This document shows positions 16,146 through 20,421 of a stretch of 20,421 nt of DNA, in pieces. Every line of letters starts with the position of its first letter. Position 1 is the first letter of the stretch. The stretch is from Haloparvum sedimenti (GTDB lineage Archaea; Halobacteriota; Halobacteria; Halobacteriales; Haloferacaceae): assembly GCF_001462205.1 (NCBI RefSeq), contig NZ_LKIR01000068.1:15798-36218 (forward strand). Reading direction: 5' to 3'. Position numbers and translations under genes: made by a program. The notes beneath the pieces were generated by a model. The model worked only from the letters and a program-made list of their open reading frames with translations, searched no databases and had not been told where the DNA came from.

Positions 16146-17600
16146 TCAGTCCGCGGCGGTCGCGCGGTCGGCTCTCGGCGCGTCCGCGAGCCTGTCGAGC
16201 GCGTCGACCATCGCGGCGACGCTGGCGCGCGTGATGTCCGCGTCGGAGGCCTCGACGGAGACCGAACGGTCGCCGTGGGAGAGGTCGACCGCGACCGTCA
16301 CGACCGCGTCCGTTCCGCCGGTGATGGCGTCGACGTGGTAGGCGTCGAGTTCGAACGCGGCCAGGTCGCCGTCATCCGGAAGCGCGGTCCTGACCGCCTC
16401 GACCGCGGCGTCGACCGGCCCGGCGCCCGTCCCCGATGCCACCCGCTGGTCGTCACCGACGCGCAGACGGACGGAGGCGGTCGGGAGGCCGGAGCCGGAG
16501 GTCGCCGAGAGGTCCACCAGCTCGACGTGGCGGTCGCGGTCGCGGCCCTGCACGTCCTCGGCGATGGCCAGCAGGTCCGCGTCCGTGACGCGCTTGCCGC
16601 GGTCGCCGAGATCCTTGACGCGCTCGACGACGGCGTCGAGTTCGTCCTCGGTCGCGTCGACGCCGTGCTCCGAGAGCGCGGCGCTGACGCCCGCGCGCCC
16701 GGCGTGCTTGCCGAGGACGAGCCGTCGCTCCCGACCCACCGTCTCGGGCGGGTAGGGCTCGTACATCGCCCCGTCCTTGAGCGTGCCGTCGGTGTGGATG
16801 CCCGACTCGTGGGCGAAGGCGTTGGCGCCGCAGACCGCCTTGTTCGGCGGGAGAGCGACGCCGGTGGCGTCCGCCACGGCCCGGCAGAGGTCGTAGAGCC
16901 CCGACAAGTCCACCGTCTCGACGCCGTAGACGCGGTCGAGCGCGACCGCGACCTCCTCCAGGGCGACGTTGCCGGCGCGCTCGCCGACGCCGTTGACGGT
17001 CGCGTGGACCGTGTCGGCGCCCGCCCGGAGGCCGGCGTGGACGTTCGTCATGCCGAACCCGAGGTCATCGTGCGTGTGGAGGCTCGTCGGGCCCAGTTCC
17101 GCCAGCCGCGAGACGACCTCGCGGGTGCGCTCGGGGCCGGCCGCGCCCACCGTGTCGCAGTAGCAGACGCGGTCGGCGCCGGCGTCGAGCCCCGCGCCCA
17201 TCAGACGTTCGAGGTAGTCGAGGTCCGCGCGGGAGCCGTCCTCGCCGAGCACCTCGACCCAGAGGCCGTGGTCCTTGGCGTATGCGACGAGGTCAGCGGT
17301 GCGCTCGACGACCGCGTCGCGGTCGCTGCCCACCTTCGTCTCGACGTGTCTGTCGGAGGCGGGGACGACGAGGTTGATGCCGTCGACGCCGCAGTCGAGC
17401 GCGCTGTCCACGTCGGCGCGGACGCCGCGGGCGAAGCTCGTCACGGTGGCGTCGAGGCCCGCGTTCGCCACGCGCCGGATCCCCTCGCGCTCACCCTCGG
17501 AGGTGCACGCGGAGCCGGCCTCCACGAGCGGGACGCCCGCGGCGTCGAGGTCGCGGGCGAGTTCGAGTTTCTCCGCGGGCGTCAGCGAGACGCCCGGCAT
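16146..17600 (-). CDS. 2-isopropylmalate synthase / (R)-citramalate synthase family protein (LeuA/CimA: HMGL-like TIM barrel plus LeuA-dimer regulatory domain). The true N-terminus is unresolved.
   Basis: It has the motifs PGVSLTPAEKLELARDLDAAGVPLVEAG, HTHDDLGFGMTNVHAGLRAGADTVHATVNGVGERAGN and HESGIHTDG. The C-terminus carries the regulatory LeuA-dimer domain (GPVDAAVEAV...AITGGTDAV). The first ATG in the ORF is the M inside the DTTLRDGEQMPG motif. The rest of that motif (VQLLDTTLRDGEQ) is encoded in frame upstream, at 17601-17639, with no ATG/GTG/TTG before the in-frame TGA at 17799-17801. Confidence 0.8.
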   Translation of the reverse strand: MPGVSLTPAEKLELARDLDAAGVPLVEAGSACTSEGEREGIRRVANAGLDATVTSFARGVRADVDSALDCGVDGINLVVPASDRHVETKVGSDRDAVVERTADLVAYAKDHGLWVEVLGEDGSRADLDYLERLMGAGLDAGADRVCYCDTVGAAGPERTREVVSRLAELGPTSLHTHDDLGFGMTNVHAGLRAGADTVHATVNGVGERAGNVALEEVAVALDRVYGVETVDLSGLYDLCRAVADATGVALPPNKAVCGANAFAHESGIHTDGTLKDGAMYEPYPPETVGRERRLVLGKHAGRAGVSAALSEHGVDATEDELDAVVERVKDLGDRGKRVTDADLLAIAEDVQGRDRDRHVELVDLSATSGSGLPTASVRLRVGDDQRVASGTGAGPVDAAVEAVRTALPDDGDLAAFELDAYHVDAITGGTDAVVTVAVDLSHGDRSVSVEASDADITRASVAAMVDALDRLADAPRADRATAAD

Positions 17601-17924
17601 CTGCTCGCCGTCGCGCAGCGTCGTGTCCAGCAGCTGGACGCCCTCGCTGTGTACGGCCTCGGAGAAAACGGTCGCTACGTCGGTCCCGTCGTGCGCGTCA
17701 TTATCGCGACGCGCGCGGTCGTCGTCACCGGAGAATTTCGCGGCCAGCCGCCGTGTGGCGACTTCCTCTATCCTCCGAATGACTGGAAACGTCTCGGGTC
17801 ATTCGTACTCGTGTGGTTGTGACACGCACGGATAAGTTCGCGGGTCGGGACAGATATGGCGACGGCCGGTGCGGAGCGTTGCGGTTCGGGTCGGTTCTGA
17901 CCCCATTGCGGGCTGTAGCGGTGT

Positions 17925-18430
17925 GGAGGCGGTCGGCGCGCGCGACCCCGACGCGCGCGAGGGAGGCGGCGGCGCGGCCGCATGCGGTGCGGTGCGGTTT
18001 CGCGGCCGCGCCGTCGCCGAGGCTGGGGAGGTTCGAGGCTGCTGTGCGGTCGCGGTGCTGTGCGGGGCGGTGCTGCGCGGTGCGGGGCGGTGCTGCGCGG
18101 TGCGGGGCGGTGCTGCGCGGTGCGGGGCGGTGCTGCGCGGTGCGGGGCGGTGCTGCGCGGTGGGTGGGACTGAAAGGGGCAGCCGGCTCGATCCGGCCCC
18201 GGTGCCTCAAGCACTCGCGCTGGGCGGTGTCTCCAGCGTCGCCGTGAGCGCGGTGCGGAGCGAACGGCGGCTCGAAAATCTCCGATTTTCGGCGCGCTAC
18301 TGCACGCTGGAGGCTAGCGAGACGCGGTTTGTCTCGCCAAGCGGAGAAGCGCGAGCGCGCAGAGCGTGCCGCGGCGGGTCGAGCCGGCTGGGGCTTTCTG
18401 GGCGTTGCTGTAAACCGCAGCAGGAGCTAA
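17925..18430. repeat. Intergenic GC-rich repeat element, copy A, in direct orientation. It contains the 20-bp tandem array and the AT hairpin.
   Basis: Positions 17930-18218 and 18341-18370 are about 80% identical to 20165-20421. Positions 18166-18235 and 18296-18420 match the reverse complement of 19728-19895. Confidence 0.75.
18044..18160. repeat. Perfect 20-bp tandem repeat array (TGCGGGGCGGTGCTGCGCGG x5, preceded by a degenerate 16-bp unit)
   Basis: There are five identical units at 18061-18160. The unit is G-rich on the plus strand. Confidence 0.95.
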
Positions 18431-18437
18431 ACCCGAG

Positions 18438-18458
18438 TCAGAAACAGAAAAACCGCAC
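18438..18458 (-). terminator. Oligo-T terminator downstream of egsA
   Basis: The minus strand reads gcggtttttctgtttctgactcgggttt, 55-75 nt beyond the egsA stop. Confidence 0.5.
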
Positions 18459-18510
18459 ACGTCGTACAGAGAATCAGCGAGAGATCTCGCAGCAGATTCA
18501 GGACGACTAT

Positions 18511-19557
18511 TCAGATAACGCCCGTATAGCTCGCGACTTCGCGGGCGGCCGGCTCGCTCATCCCGCCGGCGAGGATCGTGTAGCGGTCGCGGATCTCGTG
18601 GGCGGTCGTCAGCGCCTCGATCACCTCCTCGTCGCTGACGCCGAGATCGGCCGCGGTCGTGGGCGCGTCGATGCTCGCCAGCGCGTCGCGGATGGCGCTC
18701 CACTCCCCCTGCTCGCCGCTGTGGAGGAACTCCGTGAGGATGGATCCGACGCCGACCTGATGCCCGTGGAGCGCCTTCCCCGGCGCGATGCGGTCGAGCT
18801 GGTGGGAGAACAGGTGCTCCGCGCCGGAGGCCGGCCGCGAGGAGCCCGCGATGGACATCGCGACGCCGGAGGAGACGAGCGCCTTCGCGACGATCCACGA
18901 CGACTCCTCCAGCCCGGGCCGGATCGAGTCCGCGTTCTGGACGAGCAGCTCCGCGGTCATCTCCGAGAGCGCGCCCGCGTACTCCGAGTACTCCACGTTG
19001 CGCAGCCGCCGGGCGAGCCGCCAGTCCTTCACGGCGGTGTAGTTCGAGATGATGTCCGCGCAGCCGGCGGTCGTCAGCTCCCACGGCGCGTCCGCGAGGA
19101 GTTCGGTGTCCGCGACGACCGCGAGCGGGGGGTCCGCGGCGACCGAGTGGCGCGTGTCGCCCTCGGGGATGGAGGAGCGCCCGGAGACGATGCCGTCGTG
19201 GGAGGCCGCGGTCGGGACCGAGACGAAGCCGACGCCGAGGTGGTCGGCCGCCATCTTCGCGGTGTCGATGGGCTTGCCGCCGCCGAGCGCGACGAGGTAG
19301 CCGGGGTCGACCGCCTCCGCCGTCTCGATCAGCTCCTCGACCGCGTCGAAGGAGGCCTCGTCGACGACCGCGGTCGCGGGATCGTCGAACTGCGCCCGGA
19401 CGCGGTCGCCCGCGAGCTCGTTCGGCGTCGGGCTGGTGACGACGAGCGGCCGCCCGGAGAGGTAGAGGTCCTCGACGGCGCCCCCGAGGTCGTCGAGCAC
19501 GCCGTGACCCAACAGGACGCTCCGCGGGAGCTTGATCCACGTCGACTTGTCGAACAT
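18511..19557 (-). CDS. egsA: sn-Glycerol-1-phosphate dehydrogenase [NAD(P)+] (archaeal lipid backbone synthesis)
   Basis: It belongs to the DHQS-like/iron-ADH superfamily and has G1PDH-specific motifs: ALGGGKPIDTAKMAA and VSVPTAASHDGIVSGRSS. The length is about 349 aa. The start is set at the ATG at 19555-19557 (MFDKSTWIKLPR); the ORF track begins at a TTG 9 codons upstream. TTTGAAA lies at -22..-28 (19579-19585). Confidence 0.9.
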   Translation of the reverse strand: MFDKSTWIKLPRSVLLGHGVLDDLGGAVEDLYLSGRPLVVTSPTPNELAGDRVRAQFDDPATAVVDEASFDAVEELIETAEAVDPGYLVALGGGKPIDTAKMAADHLGVGFVSVPTAASHDGIVSGRSSIPEGDTRHSVAADPPLAVVADTELLADAPWELTTAGCADIISNYTAVKDWRLARRLRNVEYSEYAGALSEMTAELLVQNADSIRPGLEESSWIVAKALVSSGVAMSIAGSSRPASGAEHLFSHQLDRIAPGKALHGHQVGVGSILTEFLHSGEQGEWSAIRDALASIDAPTTAADLGVSDEEVIEALTTAHEIRDRYTILAGGMSEPAAREVASYTGVI

Positions 19558-19727
19558 ACGGGAGGCGACGCGGGGGAGTTTCAAAGGCGTTCCTCTTGAT
19601 CCGGGAGGGTGGTGGGACGGAACGCGTACTGGAGTGAGTGGTGGGCGCTCTCAGAACGCGCTCGAGACCTGCTCGCGATACGTCGTTTTCTGTGTGATCG
19701 ACCGTTCTGCTGTGCTTGGTGCCAACA

Positions 19728-19895
19728 ACCAGAAAGCCCTCGACCGCTCGCGGGCGCTCAGCGACATATCGGCGCCTCTCCGGCGGGCGAGACAAACCGC
19801 GTCTCGCTGCTCTCCAGCGTGCAGTGGCGCGCTGGAGACACCGCCCGGCGCCGATAGGGGTCGTCTGAGCGCCCGCGACCGGCCTCGCCCTTTCA
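19728..19895. repeat. Inverted, diverged and shortened copy (A') of the intergenic repeat element
   Basis: 19781-19846 (ctccggcgggcgagacaaaccgcgtctcgctgctctccagcgtgcagtggcgcgctggagacaccgccc) is the reverse complement of copy A segments 18296-18345 and 18222-18235. ccctttcagtcc at 19878-19889 is the reverse complement of ggactgaaaggg at 18168-18179. Confidence 0.7.
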
Positions 19896-20159
19896 GTCCG
19901 CCACGCGTGGTTTGCGGAACTGGTCGTCGCGGTCAGTTGCTCGGTGATTCGCTACACCGGCTGTCGGGTCGAGCGTGGCCTCACGCCTCCCCAGCCTCAG
20001 CCGCCCGCGGCCTCCGCGTTGCTCCGGCCGCGGGCGGGCTTCCCTCGCGCGCGTTGCTCGCGCGCGCCAAGCATGGGACAGCCACCGGGGCGATGCGTCG
20101 AGGAATGAGCGATCAGCCTGCACTCACGGCGGGAGTTGTTCGTTATCCCTGAAAGACGT

Positions 20160-20421
20160 TCGTCCGGCGTGCGGTCAGGGGGGCGGTGCGGTCGGCGCGC
20201 GAGAAACGCGCGAGGGAGGGCGTGGGCCGGCCGCCTGCGGTGCCTTGTGGTTTCGCGGCCGGCCCGCGGCCGAGGTTGGGGAGGTGTGAGGCTGCTGTGC
20301 GGTGCGGTCGCGGTGCGGGGCGGTGGGTGGGACTGAAAGGGGCAGCCGGCTCGATCCGGCCCCGGCGCCTCAAGCACTCGCGGCGGGCGGTGTGGAGAGG
20401 CGCGAGCGCGCAGAGCGTGCC
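20160..20421. repeat. Copy B of the intergenic repeat element, in direct orientation and truncated by the window end
   Basis: It is collinear with copy A. ggcgcgcgagaaacgcgcgagggagg...gaggctgctgtgcggtgcggtcgcggtgcggggcgg, then tgggtgggactgaaaggggcagccggctcgatccggccccggcgcctcaagcactcgcg, then ...gcgagcgcgcagagcgtgcc. It has only about one copy of the 20-mer and lacks A's 18219-18340 segment. Confidence 0.75.

Noticed and set aside
15492-17822. 776-aa plus-strand ORF spanning the nfeD/LeuA-CimA region, plus 14016..14891(+), 14363..15076(+), 13297..14055(+), 12121..13203(-), 10211..11266(+) and 8528..10174(-)
   Set aside because: They are antisense shadows of the SPFH, NfeD, LeuA/CimA, regulator, HAD, GT2 and PBP/YjjX genes. 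Their composition is dominated by R/D/G/V/A with no motifs.
17869-19599. 576-aa plus-strand ORF and the R/G/A-rich ORFs at 17725..18210(-), 17768..18214(-), 17813..18247(+), 17982..18173(+), 20136..20336(+) and 19532..20152(+)
   Set aside because: They are antisense to egsA or generated by the GC-rich repeat copies. The paralogous pseudo-proteins simply mirror the DNA repeats, and low complexity gives no coding support.
20040-20075. Alternating (CG)n tracts TCGCGCGCG x2 as a specific palindrome or operator
   Set aside because: (CG)n is trivially self-complementary and common in this GC-rich repeat. I note it only as Z-DNA-prone sequence and not as a discrete site.
1-20421. tRNA, rRNA, RNase P, SRP RNA or IS/transposase
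   Set aside because: No GTTCGAATC-type T-loop or cloverleaf candidates were found by eye in any intergenic region. There are no transposase- or DDE-like ORFs and no terminal inverted repeats bounding a coding cargo. The repeats around egsA have no transposase.

Overview
This 20.4-kb window is high-GC DNA (about 65-70% GC by eye) with acidic predicted proteomes and leaderless-looking gene starts, typical of a haloarchaeon (Halobacteria). Most of it is ordinary chromosomal housekeeping. I support 18 protein-coding genes and found no rRNA, tRNA, CRISPR array or transposase.

Left to right, the genes are:
- a 5'-partial Bat-type HTH_10 regulator with an odd integrase-like N-terminal segment;
- an acetate module: AMP-forming acetyl-CoA synthetase, a DUF4212 small membrane protein, a sodium:solute symporter (ActP-like) and UspA, with overlapping stop/start codons;
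- a small 2-TM protein;
- type I 3-dehydroquinate dehydratase (aroD, minus strand);
- transcription factor TFB (minus);
- a signal-less BtuF/TroA-like binding protein followed by a YjjX/DUF84 inosine/xanthosine triphosphatase;
- a GT2 glycosyltransferase fused to a flippase-like membrane domain (AglD-like, minus);
- a small wHTH protein and a HAD hydrolase;
- a double-wHTH regulator with a Tat-signal-like N-terminus (minus);
- an NfeD-SPFH/stomatin pair (minus);
- a LeuA/CimA-family synthase whose conserved DTTLRDGEQ motif lies upstream of any canonical start codon (minus);
- archaeal glycerol-1-phosphate dehydrogenase EgsA (minus).

The least ordinary part is 17.8-20.4 kb. The essential egsA gene sits between two long gene-free stretches. 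These carry at least three diverged copies of an unannotated GC-rich repeat element: two in direct orientation and one inverted. One copy contains a perfect 5x 20-bp tandem array and an AT-rich hairpin.

Other points worth a second look are a perfect 2x 30-bp tandem duplication across a stop codon and the next gene's RBS, a perfect 17-bp palindrome on the SPFH stop codon, and recurrent ACTTATC-type TATA boxes about 25-30 nt before minus-strand ATGs.
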